NCBI GenBank assembly: GCA_965644295.1
Contig: CBFFRP010000219.1
Location: 124,001 to 188,000, forward strand
Origin: Paraphysomonas bandaiensis
Lineage: Eukaryota > Protista > Chrysophyceae
Length of the DNA: 64,000 nucleotides
Reading direction: 5' to 3'
Positions within the stretch are counted from its first letter, which is position 1; each line of letters opens with the position of its first letter. Shown one piece after another: positions 1 through 10,860 of the stretch. The position numbers were made by a program, and so were the translations under genes. The notes beneath the pieces are model-generated. The model was not told the origin of the DNA, searched no databases, and saw only the letters and a program-made list of their open reading frames with translations.

Positions 1-1349
1 AGAGCAGTCCACTACACATAGGTATTACAAAAATAAGTGTCGTATTGTTAAACGTAATCACTTGAACGTTGTCATGCTATGTAGTTATGATAGGTTCCTA
101 CATTGCTTAGCTGGCTTTACGCAAACTTCGAACTTCAAATTTGGGCGATCAAACCCACCACAAAACATACTGCAGTGTGGTATACGTAGAATTTTAGTTG
201 TGTCCTCCCATACCTGGTACGAAATAACATAAACTGTAATATTAAGCATTTCGAAATATAACACAGACGAGTTCTACAATTACTGTTGTCACGTTTGACA
301 TTTTTTTCTCCGTAAACATGAAAATGAATAAGATGCATCACTTACACTCTTTCTGGCAGTGGCGGTAAGAGCAACAATAGGAACGTCAGGAAATATTTCT
401 TTCAGAATCCCAAGCTGTATACTAATATCATGATACAGCAAATTGAATACAAGTTTACCATATATGACACGAGTGATTCGGCAAATGCCATATTTAATTC
501 AAGCAAATAATCATATACAATATAGTTATCACCAGATATGTATATAATAATATACAAAGTAGTGTTAAATAAAACTATCCTCCGCACCTGGCCATAGTCT
601 TTCCTAAAGTCATGACCCCTATATTGCGAGAATACGTTAAACAGCAAAAATAAAGTGTTAAGAGTTATATACTATGTTACTGTGTCTTGCATTGCAGATA
701 AACTACATGCTTACCATGATGACACACAATGAGCCTCGTCTATAATGAATCTTGCAAGCATTTCGTTATCGTAGAGGCTTTTAAGACAATTCTTGGTCTC
801 GAGTGACTTAACCATGCGTTCAGGTGTAAGATATAAAAGCTTCAAATAGGGTTCACTTGTAATAACTTTTATCATATAGATATAGTGGAGTAAGATAAAT
901 GCACTCACTCTCCAATATTGGACTGTCGAAGATCGTTGAAAACTGAACCTACCATAGTTTCAGTGGAGGAGCTGGATAGATAAGCTGCTGGAATCCCACC
1001 ACTAGGTAATTGTATTAGAGAAGAAACTTGGTCTTCAACAAGTGACAATAAAGGAGAAATCACAATAGTAACTCCCCGGGAAAGAATAGCAGGTAACTGG
1101 TAGCACAGAGATTTCCCTCCACCGGTTGGAAGGATTACGAACACATCCTTATTGTCCATAACAGCATCAATAATATCCTTCATCACATTAGTCCATAGGA
1201 ACGGCTCAATATCGACATACCTTCTGCATAGCCCGAAAAGAACTGTTTCCAAATATTTTACTATTAGCGAAGCTCATAAGCTGATCTCTTTCCCTCCTCT
1301 CTGCTGCGGCTTCACTGGAAGGATTCTTCGGTACCAGAAACTTATCCAT
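1..1349 (-). CDS. RecQ-family DEAH DNA helicase, multi-exon, 3' end beyond the window edge
   Basis: Manual splicing gives MDKFLVPKN...[12 protein letters not shown]|[30 protein letters not shown] (motif I), [30 protein letters not shown]|[16 protein letters not shown] and [10 protein letters not shown]. Short GT-AG introns separate these blocks. Confidence 0.93.
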
Positions 1350-1537
1350 CCTCTATTATCGATTAAATAATCAGAACAATAAAGTCATCAAGCAGTCGGC
1401 AACCACAGTGTGAAAAACTCTTGCATTGCAAAGGTGAATTTTCTAAACGCAACTACCTGAGAACAACTATGAGTTTGAATATTCGTATATCCACACCTTG
1501 TACACATACACAGTGTACAGCAGTACAGTACAGTACA

Positions 1538-1615
1538 ATGTATGTATGTATGTATGTATGTATGTATGTATGTATGTATGTATGTATGTATGTATGTATG
1601 TATGTATGTATGTAT
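1538..1615. repeat. (ATGT)n microsatellite, ~19 units, preceded by (CAGTA)x3
   Basis: Perfect tetranucleotide run in the 282-bp head-to-head spacer between the RecQ ATG (1349) and the BTB gene ATG (1632). Confidence 0.98.
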
Positions 1616-1631
1616 TGTATTAAGGTATCTC

Positions 1632-3137
1632 ATGGGTGACAGTGTCATTGAGTTTCTCGTAGGTGGTATTCGTTACACCGTGCTGCGGTGTAGCATAAAG
1701 GATGAGGTTATCAAGGACTCCTTCTTCGAGTGTTGCTTGAAGGATGTGTGGGCTCCCTCTGATGGTGGGCCTATAACCATTGGTCGGGATGGTGTTTTAT
1801 TTCAGTATGTGTTGGATTTTTTGAGGTATGGGAGCCTCCCGAGGAATAGATATGGTCAGTGTGAGCTGAGCACCTCAACACTCTTGCTCCTTCGAGAGGA
1901 GGCTTCCTTCTATACACTCCAGCAGCTGGAGTCCGAATGCGATGAGATTCTTACGTCAGATATGGGTGTGATTGGACTCTATTTTAAGGTTAAACGGTTT
2001 GTTCAGAAAGTGGATAGGCTGCCTCTGTATTGTGAGTTTGAGTCGACATGTGCTGGTGATTTGATGTGCATTTTGGAGAAGATAATGACTCCACTCTGTG
2101 TCTACGGCAGCATTGATAGCTCCAATTCTGACATTGCGAATCGTGTACTGTACAAGAGTTGTAGCCTCAATTGTATTAATGTAGAAGAGTTAGTTTGTGA
2201 CTCTCAGTCCTCTGCGATCGATCCATCAGTAGTAGAAATACGTGCGAGTGATCTCAATCAGTCCATGCTAAGAATGTTAGGGTACTCGTTTTCCTTCTCT
2301 GGGCTCTCCTGTACGTCGAATCCCACATCAACACCCTCGAAGTTGGTGGTTTACAAGGAAGGTAAACTCAGACAAGGAATTCATGGTAGATCGAATAACG
2401 GAAATGGTACATGCATTTTTATATGCAACACCATTTGCACAGGTGGTGCTCTAGAGGTATCGGCCGCAGATACGTCACATGTATTCACAGAACCGGGGAC
2501 ATGGATAGCCATCCCTGCAGACGGGGCATATTGCATTCACCCTGTGTTATCAGGATCTAGAGTTTTAGTTCTGTATGATATTGACATAGGCAGTTTGACT
2601 GATACCACTGTAGTGAGAGATGTGAAAATTCACTGTAACAGAAGGGTAATACATGACGGTTGGTGCACTCTCAGACGACGGGCTATTCCAGATCATACAG
2701 TAGGAGTTTTGCGATCTTCATTGGAAAAAGAGTTAAATGATTACAGCTCTGTTGGAATATGTCTGTCGCGTATGTATCCCGCGAGTCGCTGTCACCCACA
2801 AATTCTAGAGGGCACAGATCGTGTGCTCTTTGACGTTTTGTCTGAATTTTTTGTAGTAAAGGTCTGTCCCATGATAATTTATTCTTCATACGACCCCTCC
2901 CAGGATTCTGGGGTCGTGTCTGCAATAGAGTTTAATGTAGATATGGTATTTAATGAACATGCTCTGGATGCAGCTATACTACAAAAATCTGATATCAAAG
3001 TGGTCTTGCCTTGTCCATTGGACCCTAAGGGGCTTTTAAAGTGTCAATACGTGGAGGAGTGTAATTACGAGCTCAGCTTGGAATCATATGTATATGTAGT
3101 AACAGTTGTGCTAGTATCACGTATAGATACTAATTAG
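1632..3137 (+). CDS. BTB/POZ (KCTD/T1-type) protein with a degenerate 2OG-Fe(II) oxygenase-like domain; intronless
   Basis: BTB signatures IEFLVGGIRY, ITIGRDGVLFQYVLDFLRYG and LREEASFYTL. Downstream KLVVYKEG...GTCIF...TGGALEV...WIAIPAD...IHPVLSGSRVLVLYDI resembles a DSBH fold. Start taken at the first ATG after the microsatellite. Confidence 0.8.
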   Translation: MGDSVIEFLVGGIRYTVLRCSIKDEVIKDSFFECCLKDVWAPSDGGPITIGRDGVLFQYVLDFLRYGSLPRNRYGQCELSTSTLLLLREEASFYTLQQLESECDEILTSDMGVIGLYFKVKRFVQKVDRLPLYCEFESTCAGDLMCILEKIMTPLCVYGSIDSSNSDIANRVLYKSCSLNCINVEELVCDSQSSAIDPSVVEIRASDLNQSMLRMLGYSFSFSGLSCTSNPTSTPSKLVVYKEGKLRQGIHGRSNNGNGTCIFICNTICTGGALEVSAADTSHVFTEPGTWIAIPADGAYCIHPVLSGSRVLVLYDIDIGSLTDTTVVRDVKIHCNRRVIHDGWCTLRRRAIPDHTVGVLRSSLEKELNDYSSVGICLSRMYPASRCHPQILEGTDRVLFDVLSEFFVVKVCPMIIYSSYDPSQDSGVVSAIEFNVDMVFNEHALDAAILQKSDIKVVLPCPLDPKGLLKCQYVEECNYELSLESYVYVVTVVLVSRIDTN

Positions 3138-3518
3138 TCTTCTATAGTTCGTGACGTGTGATAGATATCTAGCTCGAAAGTAGAGTATTTTGAAGTCTTA
3201 TAGCCTGTTGCTCTGGGCTGGTGAATGTAAATATAGTGCTTGAGTCCGTTTGACAAATAAGGAAAATGTTTGCGTATTTTACAATTTTTTGGACACGTAC
3301 AATTTCCAGAGTCTTTAGAGTAACAGTGAAAGGCTGATATTGAAGCCTTTGTAAAACACTATATCTGCTTCGTGAGTGAAACTATTCATTCTTGGTTGAC
3401 TAAAATAGTAGGAGCTAGACAAAAAATTCAGATTTAGGACTATAACGGATACTTAAAATATACTGTACCAATCATTTTTGAATAGGAGAGCTGATAATAG
3501 CTATTAATTATTAATTAC

Positions 3519-3811
3519 TATTAGAATATGGACTGTATCCTAGTATATTCAATGTGGTACTTGAAGACAATGTACGAGAATACAGTGAAGTATGGTGATG
3601 TGTAGATGCTGTTATGATATTGAGAAAACTGAAATAGTTTGCTCTTTCAAGATATGTTTAGTAGCGAAAGGTCTACAGAAGTAGTGATTTATGCATGGCA
3701 CAAAACGAGCTTGTGTTGTTTAACACAATTCGTGTAAACGATATTAATAAATCTATCTAGTCTAACAACTTAATCTCTCTTTGATCTAAGTAAAATGAGC
3801 ATTTCCCAACA
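3519..3811 (+). repeat. 5' LTR (293 bp, TATTAG...CCAACA)
   Basis: No differences from 8681-8973 seen in a by-eye comparison. Confidence 0.97.
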
Positions 3812-6800
3812 TGGTAGCGAGCGAGGAGGAGAGAAGGAGGATAGAGGAGTAGTTCCTCAGTTCAACGAGACTAACGTTGAACAATGGATTGAGGACTTCG
3901 AGACATTCCTTATGAGGAAGGAACAAAGCGAGGTAGCGGTGGAACTGCCACCTAAGGAGAGCGACTTCGGGGAGCAGCCACTTACGTTGATGGAGGAGAA
4001 GGCGTACAGACAGGCTGTGAAGAGGTATTGGAAGGCGAACGCCATAGCTTATTCTTACTGCAGGGATGCGGTGCAGCATTCCCCGAAAGCGCTGCGTAAA
4101 TTCCATCTTACCCACAAAGCGTTCAAGGCAGAAGGGAGTGGTGTAAACAGGTTCAAAACACATGTAATGATTGATGAGTTGAAGAAGTGTTTTGCTGGAG
4201 GGAAGCAAAATAGGATCAGTGACCTCTTAACTCAATATGGTTCTTTCCGTATGCGTCCGGAGGAGACGGCGAAGGACTACGTACTACGGTTCGAACTACT
4301 GCTGAAGGAACTACAGGAGCAGCAGCAGGATATCTCGGAGGTATCAAAAACAAGTCGACTACGAGAAGGCTTGCTCAATGAAGAGTATGCTCAACTGAGA
4401 GTTGGATTATACTTGATGGATGATGATGTTAATTATGTAACTGTATCACGTAAGATAGAAGGCTATGATGATACTATGGCTGGGAAGGAAGCGTTGGAGA
4501 AGAAGCGTAAAAGAGTGGAGGAGCTGAACCTGATAGACAGTAAGAAACGATATCGCAGAGAGAGGGATCATCGTAAGAAGAACAACGGTAAGAAGAAGCC
4601 GATGAAGAAGGATACAGAGATTACAGGGCAGCGACCTGGAAGTGCCGAATATACTGGGTGCAGAAATTGTAAGTCAAAGGAACATCTTGCCATCGATTGT
4701 CCAGCATCGAAAAAGAAGTACTCGCAAAGCAAGAGCAAGGCTGTGAGGTTTCAAGATGGAAGGAAACCAGACAAAAGACTACTTACAGTTGAAAACATCA
4801 GGCGTGGAGAGCCAGCGGATTTGTCTGACGAAGACGAAGCAAATATGATCGAGCAACAGGAAGAGTATCATTTGTCATGTAATGTGTATGAGACGAATAT
4901 ATGCAGTAGTGTGCATGAGGATATTCACTATACATACATTGATACCTGTTGTTCGTCATCAATGTTTTTGATAAATGATGTGAATATACTTGATAGTCAT
5001 ATGCACACATCAAAGGTTATTAATGGTTCGAAAAAAGGGTCAGAGATATGCGTCACGAGTGTAGGTTCCCGTGGAGCATGGAAGAACATTGAGGTATCAA
5101 GTCAGATAAATCGGTGTCTTTGTTCTGGACGGAAGTTGAACGATATGGGATATCGATTTACTGTATGGTATGGTATACAGATATATGACAGAAATACGGA
5201 TGAGCTGGTGTTGGAGGGACCTATGAAGAATGGAATGACTGCTGTGCCAACACAGCAGTTATTGGAGCTTCCAGACGTATCGACATCCAGTGATTCAGAA
5301 GTAAATCTCAGTGACCGTACGGGTGAGGATGAACTGGAGCTGTTACATAGGAGAGCGGGTCATTTTAACAAGCATGCGTTGGTAGAAGCCCACAAAAGAA
5401 TGCTAATTATTGGGACTGGACTGAAACGAAAACATCTCTCGAAACGTGTTTCCAAAGAACAGTGTCTATGTGATGTATGCGCCAGGGCGAAGATCACCAG
5501 AGTAAGTTTTCGGACAAAGGATGAGGACTCCGTTCGTCCAAATTTCTCGGCCGATATAGCAGTATACTTAAATTGTCCAGCTCGAGGAGGGGAAATATAT
5601 GTGCTCAAACTAACACACCATGCCAGTCGGATGTTCTGGTCGGAAGGGCTTGTTCATAGGACTGGGTCATCGGTACTGCAGGTTTTCAAGAAGATTTTTG
5701 AAGGAGATGTGAAAAGGTACAAATTAGAAATGCATCATTACCATGCAGATGGAGCAGGGGAGCTAATATGTGATGAGCTGCGACAATATCTTAGGTCACA
5801 GGGTTGCTATCAACATACGTGGAGCTCTACGGACTCTCCTGAGATGAACGCGATTGAGGAGCGGAAATTCAGGACCTGTGGTGAGATGACATTAGCGATG
5901 CTGATTCAGTCAGGATTGCCTTCACAGTTTTGGCTAGATGCCTACATGGCAGCCAGGTACATATTAATTCGATTGCCTACAAAGACAGCGAAGGGGTATA
6001 TGTCCCCTCTTGAATTTTTGACTGGTGAGGCTCCCAACCTGAAATATCTCAGAGTATGGGGGTGTCGTGCGTATGTCCTCACTACAAAGGCGGATCGACG
6101 GAAAGACTGGGACGACAAGGCCCTTATCGGATATCTGATAGGATATTCAGATGAAAAGGTAGGATATGATGTATATCTACCTGCGACTGATAGGGTCGTC
6201 ACGTCGGTACATGTATTAACTGATGAGTCCATACCGTCACGCTCGGAGAGCTATTTCGCTGAGATAGATGCTCTTCGAGTGAAGGAGGCCGAGAGACCGA
6301 AAATTGTGTCTGACTATGCGGGCTTAGAAGGTACATATCATATTGATGATGAGGATGGTCTTCTCTACAAGACCACGAGAGTAGTAGAACGAAAGGGGGT
6401 AATAGTAGCCTATCGATCTCTGGTAACTGCAGGTCGGAAGCATATCGAGCACCGGGTGCCGATTCACGTCGAGGACGTAGTGCGAATGACTGCAGAAACT
6501 CCCGGGAATACCGGATATATAGGAAAGGGGGACGCCCTGAGTACTATGCCAGCCAGGGTGCTGGACCAGGGAAGACCTGGAGGGTTACAGGAGAGTCCTG
6601 ACCCAACCTGTCAGGAGACAGCTGTGAGGTTGCAGACCTCTGAAGACTATGAGTCTGGGGTTGTGAGCGGGGCTCCTCCCACAACGCACGATGTGCGTGC
6701 TCAGGATGAGCAAGGTACGGGTTCTTATATACCTCGTCGACCGATTGAACTAGATGGTGATGGTCGGGTCCGACGCAAACGGCTGCAGCGGAGACTGGCA

Positions 6801-8506
6801 AACGCGTCAGTTTTAGGAGAGATTAATATGGTTGAAGTACCGGATGCGCATAATATTGATCTTAACCATGCAGAGACAGAAGATATCAAGATACCAAATT
6901 CATATGCCGAGGCAGAGAGATCTCCACAGTATCAACAATGGAGAAAAGCTCGAATGGTGGAGAAGACATCATTGCTGAAAAGACGTGTCTTGAAGATCGT
7001 GAAAATTCCAAGCGGAGTGAAATTAGTTAGAGCGAAATATGTGCATACGGTGAAGCGAGACATACTAGGGAATATAGTAAAGTACAAGGCTCGGCTAGTG
7101 GCATTAGGAAATCTCCAAGAGAAGAAGGAGGAGGAGCCGTCCACTTTCGCTCCAGTGGTTAAGGGTATAACCATTAGACTAGTGTTAGCGATTGCGTTTA
7201 TGTTACAGATGCATGTGCATCAATTAGATGTATCATCCGCATTTTGCTATGCAGATCTGGAGGATGACGTGTATATGGCACCTCCACCAGATGAGGAATT
7301 ACTAGCTGGATGGTGTTTTCAACTAATCAAGGCATTGTATGGACTGCGATCTTCACCGCGACAGTGGAATAAACATATTGACAAGTTTATTAAATCATTG
7401 CATTTTACTCCGTGTATTTTGGATACGTGTTTGTATATGCGATGGAGTAACGGAAAACTGCATTTATTATTGATATATGTTGATGATATCATAATTGCAT
7501 CCGCTGATCTGACTTACTTGGAAAGCGTAAAGCGTAGGTTCTGTGAAACATTCGAGATGCATGATCTGGGAGTGTGTAAGCGATTTCTGAACATCAGGAT
7601 AACCAGAGGAGAAAATTGGTATATGTTAGATCAATCTGAGTATGCTAAGAATATTATCAAGAAATTCAGCTCAGTTATGGGAAAGAGTAGTAAGAATAAG
7701 GAGGCCCCACTACCTACTAATGTTCAGGATCTGTTGGCAGAGGAACGTGAACTTACGGAGGAGCAGAAGCAGTGGGTTGACTCATTTCCGTATCGGCAAA
7801 TTATTGGAGCAGTGTTGTATCTAGCAATGCATACTAGACCTGATCTGGCTTATGCAGTGGGGTTATTGTCTCGATTTAGTAGTTGTCCGACATATGCATC
7901 GTGCAAACTGGCGATTCACTTATTGAAATATTTGCGTGGAACAATTGATGAGGGCATCAGATTCAGTGGGAGTGAGTTCGACTTACATGTGTTCAGTGAT
8001 TCAGATTGGGCTGGTGATAGACTGACTCGGCGATCGACAACAGGATACATTGTGTTCTTATGTGCAGGCGCATTGGCCTGGCAGTCTAAACTACAGACCA
8101 CAGTTGCAACTTCGAGCATGGAATCTGAATATATGGCGGAGTATGCGGCTATGCAAGAACTGGTGTGGCTTCGGGGGTGTTCAAGGAGCTCGGGCTCTTA
8201 GTTGCGAAGCCGACTCCATTCTTTATGGATAGCAAGAGTGCGAAAGATCTCTCCGAGAATCCTGTGTATCATAAGAGGTCGAAGCATATAGACATCAAGT
8301 ATCACTGGGTGAGAGAGCATGTAAATGGAAAATTTCCTACGGCAAAGTTGATTCATGTGTCGACGGATGATATGGCGGCTGATATTTTCACGAAGGCATT
8401 GTCAACGAAACTTTTCAGTCGTCATGAGAAAACTATTACCGGGGTTAAGAGAAGTGTGTCAACCAGAGTTGAGGAGCAGCAGAAGAAGCGACCCCGAAGA
8501 GGTTAA
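3795..8506 (+). CDS. Copia Gag-Pol polyprotein with a 1-nt frameshift in RNase H at ~8173-8177
   Basis: Zn knuckle CRNCKSKEHLAIDC; protease YIDTCCS; integrase HRRAGH...CDVC, SADI, HADGAGE, NAIEER; RT KARLVALG, QLDVSSAF, YGLRSSPRQW, YVDD; RNase H FSDSDWAGD, continuing in another frame as FMDSKSA...KRSKHIDIKYHWVRE...MAADIFTKAL. Confidence 0.95.
3812..3823 (+). other. Primer-binding site (tRNA-iMet-like)
   Basis: TGGTAGCGAGCG directly follows the 5' LTR; TGG is complementary to tRNA CCA. The tRNA identity is inferred. Confidence 0.75.
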
Positions 8507-8680
8507 AGGTGTGTTTTAGTGGGTGAGAATCCCACATAACTATATATCTAGTTGACTGCTAGTTATATATGTATCTTGATAAGATTTCACATCTATTTTA
8601 CCTATGAGACTAGTTTATAGCATGAAGATCACTGTACTCATTGTTGTTTTCGTATCACTGCATTCTACATTGAGTGGGAG

Positions 8681-8973
8681 TATTAGAATATGGACTGTAT
8701 CCTAGTATATTCAATGTGGTACTTGAAGACAATGTACGAGAATACAGTGAAGTATGGTGATGTGTAGATGCTGTTATGATATTGAGAAAACTGAAATAGT
8801 TTGCTCTTTCAAGATATGTTTAGTAGCGAAAGGTCTACAGAAGTAGTGATTTATGCATGGCACAAAACGAGCTTGTGTTGTTTAACACAATTCGTGTAAA
8901 CGATATTAATAAATCTATCTAGTCTAACAACTTAATCTCTCTTTGATCTAAGTAAAATGAGCATTTCCCAACA
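8681..8973 (+). repeat. 3' LTR (293 bp)
   Basis: Matches 3519-3811, preceded by the purine-rich tract and followed by the TSD ATTAC. Confidence 0.97.
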
Positions 8974-10505
8974 ATTACTGAATGAGAAATATATTTTAAC
9001 CTAGTCAAATTAGTTGACAAGCCTAGTCACACTATTTTTGATGTAAATATCTAGTCAAATTACAACATGACTCAACCCAGTCAATTTTAGTTACTATAAA
9101 TCTAGCCATAATTTGTGCTTGTAGTACTGGATGTAGTGCATGTCATACAGTACAATGAAGTGAAACCAACGCAGCATAGATATATAGTAGATACATAGCA
9201 AAGCTAAAGAACAGAGAAAAGATATATTGTACAATAGACTGGACTCCCCCGCTAAAGTAGTTATGAATATAGACCTTTCGTTCTCTCAACAAAATATTCA
9301 TGTATTTCCTTAAGTCCCTTTCAAACATGAAATCTTGCTGTCTGGAGGGTTATCAGTGTAACTTATGTTTACATCAATTGGAAAGCACAGATATGACAAC
9401 AAAACGCAGCAACATCTCACTCCCAAAACAACATACTGAAAATGGTTGGTTACAAAATTAACCCCATCTTGTTAACAGAATATCATGTAGAGTAAAGATT
9501 ATGTAAAATTCAACGACGATTTCCAACTTACATATATATTGCCTTATCCCCATTTTGTCTAGAAACAATTGTGTTTTTACCTGAACTCTGAATCGGGTTT
9601 TAACAGAATGCTTAAAATAGCACCGGGCTAAAAGAGACATTTACCTTCTTCGATATTCGGTTCGCCAAACAGAAACTATATCTTCTATATCTTAATAATG
9701 ATATTTTGACAGTCTTTAATTTATATGTGACTTGTGTGTAGGAAGCACAACGATGAGTCATTCAAAATCAAATATCCACCGACCACTCCAAGTGATCTAT
9801 TATCCTTTGTCTGACGTAGAAAGCCAGAAAGATTATTAGTGTAATTGATCTATTGTTGTAACTGGGACTTCGAAGAAACAATTCATATCAAAAATGTTGT
9901 ATATTTTCCTGATTAACTTAATATTAAGTAACAAATTAAAAAAGTCAAAGTATTGATTCTAATATCAATTATGGTATCTACACACAAGCTTTTAGGGAGT
10001 AGCAATTGCGAACTATAGATTTTAACTCATAACAATATATTCCTAAATTTCAATAACAGCTACAACATATAATATACAATATATACCTAACACAGCAAAG
10101 AGGATACAGAGGGATAATAGCTAAACTGTGTGGTATTGAAATTCGTGCATAGATGTAATGATGAGTATGAAAAATTGTAGTCGACGACGAGGCTTCTTGT
10201 TGGCATCATCATCACATTTATGTGCTACATCACGCTTAACCCTTGCTAGTGAACCTCTGACTCGAATGCTGTGTGTGTGATATGACACAAACAAGCCTAC
10301 TAATAATGACGTGACCCAAAACTTGGAAGGGCTGAGTGCCACTTCTCCTATAAACCACCTTCAGCATCAGATGTGCCATTTTAACGCTCCAGTAATATTC
10401 TTGAAGTTGTTGCGAAGTCCTGGTTAAGAGTATAGATTGCTTGCATATTGTCATTTGATTGGCGATGAATGACGCATCATTGTGGCTTCCCTACAATTGT
10501 GTATT

Positions 10506-10788
10506 CGGTGTCATTCTTATAATATCTACTAAACTTTTTCCTATTGTTCTTACTAAATTTAAAAGATGTTACTAATATAAACTAAAATTGTCAGTTGAGC
10601 CGTATTAAAATATAGTAGAATCAATAAAATAACTTTTAGTAGGAATAACATGTCTGCAAATTTAGTAGGCCCAGAGATGCCATTTTCAATTTAACAGAAC
10701 GTCCGCAAAAATTTGGTAGGAACAAATTGCACTTTTTCGTTTTTTTTCGTAGAACCGTCAGATAAATCTTAATAGTAGGACAAATCTG
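10506..10788. mobile_element. Putative degenerate MITE (Mutator-like) with a 10-bp flanking direct repeat
   Basis: ATTGTGTATT occurs at 10496-10505 and 10789-10798. Inside, TACTAA motifs on the left face TAGTAG(G) motifs on the right. TIRs are weak. Confidence 0.4.
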
Positions 10789-10860
10789 ATTGTGTATTAC
10801 AATGAAATACATTCAAATGACTGTCAATTTCATAACGATAGAAGATAGTTTCTGTTCCCT

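Larger units (their letters stand above)
3519..8973 (+). mobile_element. Full-length Ty1/copia LTR retrotransposon
   Basis: Two 293-bp LTRs (3519-3811, 8681-8973). 5-bp TSD ATTAC (3514-3518, 8974-8978). PBS TGGTAGCGAGCG at 3812. Purine-rich tract GAGTGGGAG at 8672-8680. Domain order gag-PR-IN-RT-RH. Confidence 0.98.

Noticed and set aside
1388-1648. ORFs with (MYVC)n or (IHTY)n repeats, including the N-terminal extension of the 531-aa ORF
   Set aside because: These are translations of the ATGT microsatellite. The real start is most likely 1632.
8165-8201. Programmed ribosomal frameshift in the copia ORF
   Set aside because: It falls inside RNase H rather than at a gag/pol junction, and a 1-nt homopolymer deletion explains it.
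9143-10454. Short minus-strand ORFs between the copia element and the dispersed repeat
   Set aside because: No recognisable motif or coherent splice model. Possibly decayed coding or TE sequence, but unsupported.
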